A stretch of 64,000 bases of DNA, from the NCBI GenBank assembly GCA_963813065.1, contig CAWEXP010000009.1:1931-65930 (forward strand), given 5' to 3'. The stretch is from Candidatus Kaiserbacteria bacterium (lineage in GTDB: Bacteria > Patescibacteriota > Minisyncoccia > Phycocordibacterales > Phycocordibacteraceae). The position numbers and the translations under genes are program-made. Below the pieces are notes generated by a model. That model was not told the origin of the DNA. It worked only from the letters and a program-made list of their open reading frames with translations, and did not search any database. Shown one piece after another: positions 20,701 to 30,758 of this stretch (position 1 is the first letter of the stretch; every line of letters begins with the position of its first letter).

Positions 20701-21967
20701 CCAATTCATACATAAAGCACAGATCGCGTTCTCCGACGCGGAGATCCGCGCGCGTATCCTCTTCGTGCTCGGCGCGCTCGCCGTCTTCCGCTTCCTCGCG
20801 GCGGTGCCGATCCCGGGCGTCGACAAGAGTGCACTCGCCGCGTTCTTTGCGAGCAACCAATTCTTCGGCCTTTTGAATATTTTCTCGGGTGGCGGACTCT
20901 CGCGTCTCTCGATCGTGATCCTCGGTGTCGGGCCCTACATCACTGCATCTATCATCATGCAACTCGCGACCATCATCTTCCCTGGAGTGAAGAATGCGTA
21001 CTTCGAAGAGGGTGAGGCGGGTCGCGCCAAGTTTATTGGGTGGAGTCGCATGCTCACCATCCCCATCGCTATCCTGCAGGGCATCGCCTTCCTCGTCCTC
21101 CTCGAGAGCCAGGGCGTCATCGCGCACCTCGGTACCATCGCGCTCATCGCGAATATTGTGCTCGTGGCCGCGGGCTCTATGCTTCTCATGTGGGTTGGCG
21201 AGCTCGTGACCGAGTTTGGCATCGGCAACGGCGTCTCGCTCCTCATCTTCGCGGGCATCATGTCGGGCGTCCCGACCGCCATCTCGCAGACGCTCTTTGC
21301 CGCGTCAGCCGCGAACATTCCTGCGTACCTCGCCTTCCTCGTCCTCGCCTTTGCGATGGTCTATGCGGTGGTGGTGGTCTCAGATGCCGAACGCTCGATC
21401 CCCATCGCCTACGCGCGTGCGGTGCGCGGCTCGGCGATGAGTCAGGGTGCGGCAACCTATCTCCCGATTCGCCTCTTGCAGGCCGGTGTGATTCCTATCA
21501 TCTTCGCACTCTCGCTCCTCCTCTTGCCGCAGATGGGACTCACGGTGCTCTCGAGCTTGCACCTCTCCTTCGCCGCTTCGGCATCGCTCTGGTACACCGC
21601 CTTCCTCTCTGACCCGTGGAAATATGGGGCGGCCTACTTCGTGCTCGTCGTTCTCTTTACCTACTTCTATACCGCGGTCACCTTCGAGCCCTCGCGCGTC
21701 GCCGAGAATCTCCAGAAGACCGGCGCCTTCGTCCCCGGCGTGCGCCCGGGCAAAGAGACCGAGAGCTATATCGCGGGCGTGGTGAATCGTGTCACGCTCC
21801 CCGGCGCGCTCTTCCTCGGCCTCCTCGCGGTCGCACCATCAATCATCCAAGGATTGACGGGCATCACGACGCTCATCCTCGGCGGCACCGCGCTCCTCAT
21901 CGCGGTGCAGGTCGTCCTCGACCTCGCGCGCAAAATCGACGCGCAAGTTTCCCTCCGCGAGTACTAA
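20693..21967 (+). CDS. secY: preprotein translocase SecY
   Basis: LGVGPYITASIIMQL, GIGNGVSLLIFAGI, FVPGVRPG, GGTALLI. Confidence 0.98.
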   Translation: MINQFIHKAQIAFSDAEIRARILFVLGALAVFRFLAAVPIPGVDKSALAAFFASNQFFGLLNIFSGGGLSRLSIVILGVGPYITASIIMQLATIIFPGVKNAYFEEGEAGRAKFIGWSRMLTIPIAILQGIAFLVLLESQGVIAHLGTIALIANIVLVAAGSMLLMWVGELVTEFGIGNGVSLLIFAGIMSGVPTAISQTLFAASAANIPAYLAFLVLAFAMVYAVVVVSDAERSIPIAYARAVRGSAMSQGAATYLPIRLLQAGVIPIIFALSLLLLPQMGLTVLSSLHLSFAASASLWYTAFLSDPWKYGAAYFVLVVLFTYFYTAVTFEPSRVAENLQKTGAFVPGVRPGKETESYIAGVVNRVTLPGALFLGLLAVAPSIIQGLTGITTLILGGTALLIAVQVVLDLARKIDAQVSLREY

Positions 21968-21980
21968 TTTCAGCAGTGCC

Positions 21981-22018
21981 AAACAAGCCCGCGCCGATTA
22001 CGGCGCGGGCTTGTTTTT
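21981..22018. terminator. intrinsic terminator after secY
   Basis: AAACAAGCCCGCGCC-GATTAC-GGCGCGGGCTTGTTTTT. Confidence 0.8.
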
Positions 22019-22077
22019 ATTCTGCATATGTTGTACTCTATTCCCCAGAGCAATCTCGCTCATTGAAGGAGTGCGCG

Positions 22078-22899
22078 ATGCGCAGAGGCTATAACGACGT
22101 TGGCATCCTGTCCGACGACCATGGCCAAGTAATTGGCATTTGTTTTGGATGGGATCATACCGCCGAGCATGAGTGGGGTATCCGAGGAATCCTATCTGCC
22201 TTCGGGATTCCTGGAATGCCAGAACGGCGACCAGGAAATACTGTCGGTGATCTCATTGGCGCCGATACTCGTGCCGTAACGAAAGTCCCCGCTGAACTGA
22301 AATTGTTTGGGTTCAAGAAGGCGGCGTATCTTGTCTATAGTTCGGCGTTTGCGTGGCGAGATCCACCACCGGCGACCGAGAAAGAACTCGATCAACTTCT
22401 CGATCTAAGTTCTGTCGATGACGACAAAGAGATCGTAGCTAGTTGGAGCGGCGAAGATTTCGGCATCCGAATCAAGAACGGGTCTTCCAAGAAGGGGCTT
22501 ATCGTTCTTAGGCAAATCAATACGGCACTTCAGATCAAAGACGCTCTCATTTGTCTTGCGGGCCCTGGTGGCCCGTTCCGTAATCGCGGATTGCACATCC
22601 TCATCCATTCGCGGCTTCCTCAAGAAATGTTTACGCTTATGCATGACGCAGATGCAAGTTATCTGGATCTTACAGAAGCGGCCGTAAAAACCGGCATTCG
22701 TGCACGAGTCGACGCGGCGAAGAAAGGATATTTTGCCCTCTCTCCACGCTGGGTCGATGAGGAAGAAAAACCAAAGACGAAACACCCCGTTATTTTTTGG
22801 TTGAATCCCGAACAACAACATAGTAACAATTATGGGTGGTTCACGGTCGAAGAACTCGATCAATGGATTGCTGGTAAAGGACCGATACCGAAGAATTAA
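22078..22899 (+). CDS. orphan hypothetical protein, SD-led
   Basis: 273 aa; AAGGAG upstream; terminator 22905-22932; separates secY from adk. Confidence 0.75.
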   Translation: MRRGYNDVGILSDDHGQVIGICFGWDHTAEHEWGIRGILSAFGIPGMPERRPGNTVGDLIGADTRAVTKVPAELKLFGFKKAAYLVYSSAFAWRDPPPATEKELDQLLDLSSVDDDKEIVASWSGEDFGIRIKNGSSKKGLIVLRQINTALQIKDALICLAGPGGPFRNRGLHILIHSRLPQEMFTLMHDADASYLDLTEAAVKTGIRARVDAAKKGYFALSPRWVDEEEKPKTKHPVIFWLNPEQQHSNNYGWFTVEELDQWIAGKGPIPKN

Positions 22900-22962
22900 T
22901 ACAGTGCGCCGGCTATATCGCCGGCGCTTTTTCTATATGCCCCGCAGTGATACACTCGACAG

Positions 22963-23532
22963 ATGCAAGACACGCGCACCATATTCTTCGTCGGCAAGCC
23001 CGGATGCGGGAAGGGGACCCAGGCCGACCTCTTGAGCAAAGAGACCGGCTGGCCGGTCTTCGCCTCCGGCAAGCTCTTCCGCAACTTGGCCAAGGAAGAA
23101 ACGCCCCTTGGTCGCCGACTGCAGGAAGAAGTGAATGTACACGGACTACTCGGTCCCCACTGGCTCGCGATGTATCTCTACCTGAATTCTCTTTTTTCTA
23201 TCGCGCCAGGGCAAAGTGCCGTCTTTGATGGATTTAATAGGAAAATTCCTGAAGCGGAGCTCATCGTGGATTCTCTACGCTGGTTCAAGCGCGGCTTTAC
23301 CGTCATCAATATTGCGGTTTCAGATGAGGAAGTAAGAAAACGTATCGAATTACGTAAAGCAACCTCAGGGCGACTCGATGATATGAGTGTGGACGAACGA
23401 CTCGAGGAGTACGAGAAGTTCACTGAGCCAGCTATCGAAGTCTTCCGTAAGTCTGGTGCTTTGATCGAGATTAACGGCGAACAGACGCCGGAGAAAATCG
23501 CAGAGGATATTCGCGCGGCGCTCCAGGTATGA
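22963..23532 (+). CDS. adk: adenylate kinase family
   Basis: GKPGCGKGTQA P-loop, SGKLFR, DGFNR, GRLDD; before map. Confidence 0.88.
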   Translation: MQDTRTIFFVGKPGCGKGTQADLLSKETGWPVFASGKLFRNLAKEETPLGRRLQEEVNVHGLLGPHWLAMYLYLNSLFSIAPGQSAVFDGFNRKIPEAELIVDSLRWFKRGFTVINIAVSDEEVRKRIELRKATSGRLDDMSVDERLEEYEKFTEPAIEVFRKSGALIEINGEQTPEKIAEDIRAALQV

Positions 23533-24296
23533 CCATCAGGAATCCAGAGCAGCGCGCGGCGCTCGTCGAGGGCGGCCGCCGACTCGGCGCTCTGCTCCAG
23601 GCTCTGCGAGAGAGGGTGGCGCCGGGCGTGACCGCCGAAGAGCTCGACGCCTTCGCCGAGGCGACGATTCGCGCAGGCGGCGACCTGCCCGCCTTCAAGG
23701 GCTACACGCCCGAGGGCGCGCGTCGGGCATATCCCGCGACGCTCTGTGTCTCGATTAACGACGAGGTCGTGCACGGCATCCCGAACGAAGAAAAAAAGAT
23801 TTTGAAACAAGGCGACATTGTCTCGCTCGACCTCGGGCTCACTCACGAGGGCATCATCGTCGATGCGGCAATCACCGTGCCGGTGGGGGCGGTGAGCGAG
23901 GAGAATATGAAGCTGATTCGCGCCTGCGACGAAGCCCTCCTTGCAGGTATCGCGGCCGCCCGAGTCGGCGGCCGCGTGGGCGACATCAGCAACGCGATTG
24001 AGAAGAGTTTTAAAAACACGAAGTTTTCCATCGTGAAGGATCTCGGCGGCCACGCCGTAGGCGATAGAGTCCACGAGGAGCCCTTTATCGCCAACTATGG
24101 CCACGCGGGCACGGGCGAGGAGCTCGTCGAGGGCATGGTACTCGCTCTCGAACCCATCGCCTCACTGGGCAAGGGCGCCATCATCCTCGCGCCCGATGGC
24201 TACACCTACCGCACCCGTGACGGCTCTCGCGCCGCGCATTCCGAGCACACCATTTTGATCGAGAAGGGCGGGGCACTCGTGGTGACTAAGGTATAA
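23529..24296 (+). CDS. map: methionine aminopeptidase type I
   Basis: CVSINDEVVHGIP, GHAVG..HEEP, LEP, AAHSEHT. Confidence 0.97.
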   Translation: MTIRNPEQRAALVEGGRRLGALLQALRERVAPGVTAEELDAFAEATIRAGGDLPAFKGYTPEGARRAYPATLCVSINDEVVHGIPNEEKKILKQGDIVSLDLGLTHEGIIVDAAITVPVGAVSEENMKLIRACDEALLAGIAAARVGGRVGDISNAIEKSFKNTKFSIVKDLGGHAVGDRVHEEPFIANYGHAGTGEELVEGMVLALEPIASLGKGAIILAPDGYTYRTRDGSRAAHSEHTILIEKGGALVVTKV

Positions 24297-24303
24297 TTTC
24301 GTT

Positions 24304-24882
24304 ATGAAACGCGTCATCCTCGTGCACGGATGGGGCGATTCACCGAAGAAGCACTGGATTCCGTGGCTTTCGAAAGAACTTGAGTCCAATGGCTTTGAGG
24401 TGATCGCACCGCAATTGCCGAACACGGAAGAGCCACACATAGAGGCCTGGGTTCCCGCGCTCGCGGCCGCGGTCGGTACGGCAGACGCGGACACGTACTT
24501 CGTCGGGCACTCGATGGGCTGCCAAACTATCGCACGCTACCTTGCGGGACTACCCGAGGGAGCAAAAGTCGGCGGGGTGGTGTATATCGCGGGCTTCTTC
24601 AAGCGCCTCACCAATCTCGAAGGCCCACCTGAGGAGGCACTCTGGGAATCGTGGCGAGCGACACCGATTGATTTCGAGAAGGTGCAGGCGCGTGCGCCGA
24701 AAAGCGTCGCAATTTTCTCTGACAACGATCCATTTGTGCCACTTGATAACCAAGACGATTTCCGCGATAAACTCGGTTCGAAAATCATTATTAAACACGA
24801 GCAAGGCCACTTCACCGAAAGTGTCAGATGTCTTGAACTCTCCGACGCCTTGGAGGCAATACTGAAACTTGCGTCCGCCTGA
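24304..24882 (+). CDS. RBBP9/YdeN-family alpha/beta hydrolase
   Basis: VHGW..HWIPWL, GHSMG, SDNDPFVP, GHF. Confidence 0.9.
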   Translation: MKRVILVHGWGDSPKKHWIPWLSKELESNGFEVIAPQLPNTEEPHIEAWVPALAAAVGTADADTYFVGHSMGCQTIARYLAGLPEGAKVGGVVYIAGFFKRLTNLEGPPEEALWESWRATPIDFEKVQARAPKSVAIFSDNDPFVPLDNQDDFRDKLGSKIIIKHEQGHFTESVRCLELSDALEAILKLASA

Positions 24883-24917
24883 ATCGCGGCTATACTGCTC
24901 GCATACCTGCCGCAGGC

Positions 24918-24933
24918 TCCGCCAGCTGGCGGA
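24918..24933. repeat. perfect 16-bp palindrome in ndk leader
   Basis: TCCGCCAGCTGGCGGA. Confidence 0.55.
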
Positions 24934-24948
24934 TTAATTTTTACCCTT

Positions 24949-25425
24949 ATGGCACATCCCAAAGAAGAGAAGACCCTTATCATCCTGAAGCCGGACGCGG
25001 TGCATCGCGGCCTCATGGGCGAAGTGATTAGCCGTTTCGAGAAGAAGGGGCTCAAGATTGTCGGCATGAAGATGATGCAACTTAAGGATGCGATTCTGGA
25101 CGCACACTATGCACACATCAAGGACAAGCCATTTTTTGCGGGCATTAAGGCGTATATGACTTCGGCGCCGGTTGTCGTTATGGCGCTCTCGGGCATCGGT
25201 GCCGTCGCGGCGACGCGGCTCATCGTCGGCCCGACCAAGGGCTACGAGGCATCTGCAGGCACCATCCGCGGTGACTTCTCGCTCTCGACACAATCCAACC
25301 TCGTCCACGCCTCCGACTCGGTCGAGAACGCGGCCATCGAAGTGGCACGTTTCTTCAAAGACGAAGAAATTCTTGACTACACGCGCAACGATTTCAATTA
25401 CATCAACGCCGAGGAAGTGTTCTAA
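24949..25425 (+). CDS. ndk: nucleoside diphosphate kinase
   Basis: TLIILKPDAV..GTIRGDF..NLVHASDS. Confidence 0.98.
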   Translation: MAHPKEEKTLIILKPDAVHRGLMGEVISRFEKKGLKIVGMKMMQLKDAILDAHYAHIKDKPFFAGIKAYMTSAPVVVMALSGIGAVAATRLIVGPTKGYEASAGTIRGDFSLSTQSNLVHASDSVENAAIEVARFFKDEEILDYTRNDFNYINAEEVF

Positions 25426-25473
25426 TGTTTTCTATCCACAGACCGCTCCGGGCGAGGAGGTATAATTGCTCTC

Positions 25474-25591
25474 GGAGTCGTTCCTTATAGAAGCAACTGC
25501 TTATATCTAGGGAGCTCTATATTCGCTTGTCCCTTGGGCCAAGCATGCGAGCACCCACTTTACATTTCCAGTTGCACCTTGGAACGACTCC
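25474..25591 (+). ncRNA. candidate rod-shaped ncRNA, 6S RNA-like
   Basis: TATAAT 25461-25466; nested stems GGAGTCGTTCC/GGAACGACTCC, GCAACTG/CAGTTGC, central bubble, GGG-GCTC-GCTTG/CAAGC-GAGC-CCC; terminator follows. Confidence 0.65.
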
Positions 25592-25629
25592 ACGAAAAAT
25601 CCGCTCCTTAGAGGAGCGGATTTTTCGTG
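25591..25629. terminator. intrinsic terminator after ncRNA candidate
   Basis: CACGAAAAATCCGCTCCT-TAG-AGGAGCGGATTTTTCGTG. Confidence 0.8.
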
Positions 25630-25642
25630 TCATACTGTCTCC

Positions 25643-27110
25643 ATGCGTTTAACTATGTGCGGCGGGGCAGGGACGGTCACCGGCTCGAATTTTTTGGTGA
25701 GTGAAGGCACCGCGAAGATGCTGGTCGATTGCGGCATCGAGCAAGGAGCCGATTTTTCTGTCGAAGAAATGTATGGGCCGTTCCCCTACGATCCGCGAGA
25801 CATTTCTGCGCTGGTCGTCACGCACGCGCATCTCGACCATGTCGGCCGGATACCGAAGTTGGTCAAAGAAGGTTTCAATAAAAAGATTTATTCCACGCCG
25901 CCGACCAAGGATTCTCGCCGAGCTCATCATGCGTGACTCGGCGGGCATCCTCGCCGACGAAGCGCGTCGGCTCGGTCGCCAGCCGCTCTACCAGGATTCA
26001 GACGTTGATGCGGCCCTGCGGCTCTGGGAGCCGCTTGAGTATCATGTCGAGCACGAAGTCGCCCCAGGTCTCTCAATCTACTTGCGCAATACCGGCCACA
26101 TCCTCGGCTCCGCGAGTGTGCGAATTAATTCGAGCGACCCGTCCGGTGGCCGGGCAGGCGGCACTGTGCTCGTGTTGACGGGCGACATTGGCAATTCGCC
26201 CTCGCCCCTCTTGCCCGATTGGGAGCCGGTTCCCGACGCCGATGCGCTCCTGATGGAGAGCACGTACGGCAATCGTTCGCACCCGCCACATGCAGAGCGC
26301 GTCGCTCAGCTCCACGATGTCTTAGAGAAGGCGATAGCAAAAAAGGGCGCAATTTTGATTCCTGCTTTCTCGCTCGAACGCACCCAGCTCATGCTCTACG
26401 AGCTCTCGAACTTCTTTGCCGATGGTTCTTTGCCCAAGGTCCCGGTCTTCCTCGATTCTCCGCTTGCGATTAGCGTCACCGAGATTTATGAGAAATATGG
26501 TCCGACGTATTTCAAAAAGGAGACCGAAGATGAGATGAAACGCGAGGGGAGCATTTTTAATTTCCCATTCCTCAAGAAAACAAAATCGCGGCAAGAATCA
26601 GAGGCGATTGCAGAAACGCCGAACCCGAAAATTATCATCGCGGGCGCGGGCATGAGTCATGGTGGCCGCATCGGTGCACACGAGATCAAGTATCTCCCCG
26701 ACCCGACGACGACGCTCGTTATCGTTGGGTACCAGGCGCCCGGCTCACCCGGCCGGCTCATCCAAGAAGGTGTTTCGAGTGTGCGCATCAACGGTCAACA
26801 GGTCGCGGCTAAGGCGCACGTCGAGAGCCTCGAGGGCTGGTCTGCGCACGCCGACCAAGATGAGCTCTTGAAGTTCGCTACAGCCGCACTTGCGCAAAAA
26901 AAGCCGAAGGCAATTTTTTGTGCGCTCGGCGAGCCCGCGGCCGAACGTTTCCTCGCCCAGCGCATCCACGACTATGCCAGCGGCAATGCCATCGTCCCCC
27001 TTGCGGGGCAGACGTGGGAGGTCAGCACAACGAAGCGTCAAGAAAATTTAAAAAGATTCAATATCAAAAAGATTGCGAAGATACCAAGCGCGATGCCGAG
27101 CCATTGTTGA
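25643..27110 (+). CDS. MBL-fold beta-CASP RNA-metabolising hydrolase (frameshift at ~25910)
   Basis: GGAGTVTGS, DCG, THAHLDHVGR, GHILGS, MESTYG, PAFSLERTQ, SAHAD. Confidence 0.9.
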
Positions 27111-27376
27111 AGGAGGATTGGCTCTTTGAATACAATCGCGCCAATACTGACATTAAGGATGATAGTGAGAATGAGTACCACCGCCGAGGTTATGGCGAGG
27201 CCACCGGTCCGGATGACGAGCATGAAGCTCACCATCGTGAAAAGGTTGATGCCGAGCCCGATGTAGAACCAGTTGATCAGCCCACTCACGCCCCAGAGCT
27301 CCGCACACACGTCGCCGAGGGTGGAGAAGGTGAGGTTCGCTACCACGAACCCCACCAGCGCCCAATTTATTTTCAT
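27038..27376 (-). CDS. small 4-TM DMT/EamA-like protein
   Basis: Four hydrophobic helices, FKEPI..QWLGI. Confidence 0.75.
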   Translation of the reverse strand: MKINWALVGFVVANLTFSTLGDVCAELWGVSGLINWFYIGLGINLFTMVSFMLVIRTGGLAITSAVVLILTIILNVSIGAIVFKEPILLQQWLGIALGIFAIFLILNLFKFS

Positions 27377-27414
27377 ACTGGCAGTATAGCAAGCATTTAG
27401 GCTATACTTTAGGC

Positions 27415-27876
27415 ATGGGACATGAAGACCCGATTGAGTTCCGTGAGATATCGACAGGCGACGAGGCCACCTGCACAGAGATTGCGGGCCTCATTACGAA
27501 GTATTCGTGGTTCGCGGGGTATCCCGTCGACCCGTACAACGAGGTCAAAGAAGCCGAATATATCATCGGTGCATACGCGGGCGAGCGACTCGTCGGTTTC
27601 GCGACGGTCACTCGCAACGCGAGCCCAGACCAGGAGGGCAATGGCGAACTCTGGTTTGCTGATACGGTTGTCCTGCTCGAGTTCCGCCGCCGCGGCGTCC
27701 TCAAAGAGGTTTATCAACGGGCGATGACTTATCTGCTCGCGCAACCGGGCCGCATCTTCTCATGCACCGAGACCGCGGTTATGAGCGATTTCCTTATCGC
27801 CCGCGGTTGGAAAAAGGTTCGCGATACCAAGGACGAGTCGGGAGGAGAGTGCGAGGTGTACGAATTTCCTCGATGA
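27415..27876 (+). CDS. GNAT-family acetyltransferase
   Basis: LVGFA..VLLEFRRRGV..FLIARGW. Confidence 0.75.
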   Translation: MGHEDPIEFREISTGDEATCTEIAGLITKYSWFAGYPVDPYNEVKEAEYIIGAYAGERLVGFATVTRNASPDQEGNGELWFADTVVLLEFRRRGVLKEVYQRAMTYLLAQPGRIFSCTETAVMSDFLIARGWKKVRDTKDESGGECEVYEFPR

Positions 27877-29069
27877 GCGCAATGAACTCGAGCGTTCGCC
27901 GTCTCCTCCTCTCGAATTCTTTTGAGATTATCGCTGGGCCCATCGGCAGTATCGGCAATCTCTTTCTCACTGCCTTCGTGTGGCGCGCGAGCGACTCCTT
28001 ACTCGCTGTTGCGTTATACTCGATCGGCAGTTTTGTGTGTCTGCCTATCGCGTTCTGGATTGATGGTCATCTTTTGAGGGTCTGGAACATCCGTCACATC
28101 TTCTGGCTCGGGGCGGCCTGTGCGGGTTTTGCCATGGCCGGAGTTATCTTTCTGGTGCTCAGTCCGGTCTGGTTCTTTGTATACGGCTGTCTCTACGGAC
28201 TCGGCTGGGGTATGTACTGGTCGAATCGTAATTATCTTGAGCTCCAAGAAACGGACGATGGCATACGCAACTACTACTTCGGCATTCTCTATACGCTCCA
28301 ACAACTAGCAGGAGTCGTGACTCCGTTTCTTGCCGGATGGTTTATCGTTCTTTCCGTGCAGTTCGGTCTGCTCTCATCCATTCATGCGTACTGGATACTC
28401 TTCCTCTTGGCGTTTGTGCTCATGCTGGCATCCGCTTTTGTCATCGCTGGCGGTGATTTTAAAACGGTCCCGCCCGCCCCAATTACCCGATTCACTCGCG
28501 GGAGTTGGTTCAACGAGCGGCGTCTCCTCAACATGGGAGGCGGTGCCGTCGACGGCGTCGGATTTCTCTCGGCGCTCATCATCTTGGTATTTCTTGGCAA
28601 CGAGGGCACGCTCGGCACTATTGTCGCCGTGGTCTCGATCGCAACCGCTTGCTCAATGTATGCATACGGAAGATTCGGCAATGGGCGCCATCGCTACGCG
28701 ACCATGATGGTGTGTGCCGCCATTTTCCTCGCCTGTGCGCTGACACTCGCGTTCGGCCCGCGCCCGCTCGGCGCCATTCTCTACACGCTCGTTGCCAGCA
28801 CAGCGACCAATTTTTATTTCCTCGTCTCGGCGCCGATCCTCCTGAATCTCTGCGATCGGGAAATGGCAGGGGATGCTCGCCAGCGCTACTCCCTCATTCT
28901 CGATAGCGAAGCATTCTTGAATTTTGGAAGAATTGTGTCGGTGCTGGTGGTGATAGGACTCGCCATTCTGGTGTCACCCACTGCAGGACTTATTGGTGGG
29001 GCCGTCTTCGGCGGAACGGCACTGCTTCTTGCGGTTGTGTGGGTGTCTGTGCGACGGCGAAGTGTATGA
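27873..29069 (+). CDS. MFS-type transporter
   Basis: About 12 hydrophobic helices; GMYWSNRNYLEL..RNYYFG. Confidence 0.75.
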   Translation: MSAMNSSVRRLLLSNSFEIIAGPIGSIGNLFLTAFVWRASDSLLAVALYSIGSFVCLPIAFWIDGHLLRVWNIRHIFWLGAACAGFAMAGVIFLVLSPVWFFVYGCLYGLGWGMYWSNRNYLELQETDDGIRNYYFGILYTLQQLAGVVTPFLAGWFIVLSVQFGLLSSIHAYWILFLLAFVLMLASAFVIAGGDFKTVPPAPITRFTRGSWFNERRLLNMGGGAVDGVGFLSALIILVFLGNEGTLGTIVAVVSIATACSMYAYGRFGNGRHRYATMMVCAAIFLACALTLAFGPRPLGAILYTLVASTATNFYFLVSAPILLNLCDREMAGDARQRYSLILDSEAFLNFGRIVSVLVVIGLAILVSPTAGLIGGAVFGGTALLLAVVWVSVRRRSV

Positions 29070-29419
29070 ATGCAACCGAACTCGAAAAAATAAAAAGTTT
29101 GTATGCGCAGACCGAGTACTGGCACGGTACGGGCCGCTACTGCTACGCCGAGGATGGTAGCGTCGTCGATATTTTGAAAGGCATTATCAAAGATGGTGGA
29201 CTTGTCCCGCACGAGGACGATTGGGATAGAAAAAGAGGGAAGATTCAATCTATATCAATGGCTCCAGCTCGCATGTATGCACGCCTCTACGCCTGCATGT
29301 ATATGCCAAATGGTGAGCGAATCGAAAATGAGTTCGGCTCACGTAATCTATGGGGCTACTACTTCTTCGGCACCGCAAAGGCTGTCGCGCTCATCGAGTA
29401 CCGGGAGCGCGAGGAGTAG
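29066..29419 (+). pseudogene. hypothetical protein, 3'-truncated
   Basis: YWHGTG..ILKGIIKDGGLVP; runs into the opposite-strand fragment at ~29397. Confidence 0.5.
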
Positions 29420-29587
29420 GGTGATGTCAAAGGTGGAGGTGAGGAGTCCGGCACTCGCGAAGGTGCCGGTGAGGCTCATGATGAGCACGGGTATCAGCGC
29501 TTCGCCGAAACCCCATCCCACCCAGCGGATGGTACGCATCCAGGCAATAAGACGTACCCCAGAAGGTAAAGAACGATCGCGACGCAT
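29397..29587 (-). pseudogene. MFS transporter N-terminal fragment
   Basis: RTIRWVGWGFGEALIPVLI..AGLLTSTFDITLLLALPV then unrelated; TATACT 7 nt before ATG. Confidence 0.55.
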
Positions 29588-29660
29588 GGTGAACAGTATA
29601 CCTTGCACCGCCATGCATTTCGGAGTAGGGTTTTGCAGGACGTAATCAAAGGAGCGCCTC

Positions 29661-30137
29661 ATGAGTCAAGAAGGGCCGATAGTAACTTTATATCTGGTCA
29701 ATCCCGTACCGATCAATCCGACGGTTACGAGCCAATCGGGCGACCGCATCGAACATCCGCTCTCATCGCTCGGCACGGCCGCAATGGATGACATTGCGCG
29801 ACGCATGCGTTTCGACGAGATCAAACCAGGATCAGTGACGCACGCGCCCAGCGTCGCCGCCACGCAAGCCGCTGTGCTTCTCTCTGCCGCGTTTGCAGTT
29901 CCCGCAGAAGAAACGGACGAGTTGTCGCCGCAGAAGGCGAACGAGACCGCCGATATTTTTTCTGCTCGGGTGCGAGGATTTCTCACGCAGTTTGTCGAAG
30001 AGCATCCGAGTGGCGAATTTGTACTTGTGGTCACGCGCGAGGTAATCGCGAAACTACATTCGATGTGGTATCCCGCATGCGCAAAGTTAATCCCGCTCTG
30101 GTTCGACAATGAACACGTGTTCGCGCTCTATGGATAA
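29661..30137 (+). CDS. orphan protein, degenerate histidine-phosphatase-like, SD-led
   Basis: LYLV..PLSSLG..AATQAA..RVRGFL..FVLVVT; RHG absent; AAAGGAG upstream. Confidence 0.5.
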   Translation: MSQEGPIVTLYLVNPVPINPTVTSQSGDRIEHPLSSLGTAAMDDIARRMRFDEIKPGSVTHAPSVAATQAAVLLSAAFAVPAEETDELSPQKANETADIFSARVRGFLTQFVEEHPSGEFVLVVTREVIAKLHSMWYPACAKLIPLWFDNEHVFALYG

Positions 30138-30195
30138 CATAAAAAAGCCCCGCCGCGGTTACGCGGCGGGATTTCTTTTTCCTCGCTCGAATTTT

Positions 30196-30543
30196 TTACG
30201 CGACCTTCTTTGCGATGCGCGTGAAGATCTCGGGATGCTCAGTGGCAAATTGCGCGAGCACCTTGCGGTCGAGGGCGAAACCGTTTTTCTTCAACTTCGC
30301 GATGAAGGTGGAGTACGACTGGTGGCCCTCAGCGCGTACCGCCGCGTTGAGACGGACAATCCAGAGCTGGCGGAAGTCGGTCTTCTTATTCTTGCGATGG
30401 TCAAACGCGTAGTGGCCAGCGTGGAGGAGTGCCTCGTGCGCGTAGCGCTCCTTCTTGGAGCGGAGACCGCGATAGCCCTTCGCTCGCGCGAGCGTATTTT
30501 TGCGGCGCTTCTGCGCCATCAGCCCTCCTTTAACTCGTGCCAT
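30196..30543 (-). CDS. rplT: 50S ribosomal protein L20
   Basis: MARVKGG..AKGYRG..FRQLWIVRLNAA..LDRKVLA. Confidence 0.98.
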   Translation of the reverse strand: MARVKGGLMAQKRRKNTLARAKGYRGLRSKKERYAHEALLHAGHYAFDHRKNKKTDFRQLWIVRLNAAVRAEGHQSYSTFIAKLKKNGFALDRKVLAQFATEHPEIFTRIAKKVA

Positions 30544-30566
30544 ATCAGATTAATTACAAAAATAAA

Positions 30567-30758
30567 TTACGCACCGGTGCCGGGGAGGAAGCGATTCCTG
30601 TTGCGTGCGGTCATGTGGAGCGTGACCGAGCGGCGCTTCTGGCTCCTCTTCGAGCCGCTCTGCTTCGCGTTGAAGTGGAGCTGGCCCGGCTTGCGCACCA
30701 TCAGCTTCCCATTGCGGGTAACGCGGATTCTCTTGGAATACGATTTGTTGGTTTTCAT
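30567..30758 (-). CDS. rpmI: 50S ribosomal protein L35
   Basis: MKTNKSYSKRIRVTRNGK..H; between infC and rplT. Confidence 0.93.
   Translation of the reverse strand: MKTNKSYSKRIRVTRNGKLMVRKPGQLHFNAKQSGSKRSQKRRSVTLHMTARNRNRFLPGTGA

Noticed and set aside
25474-25591. SRP (4.5S) RNA or plain terminator
   Set aside because: No SRP domain IV tetraloop/internal-loop motif; a separate terminator follows and a -10 precedes it.
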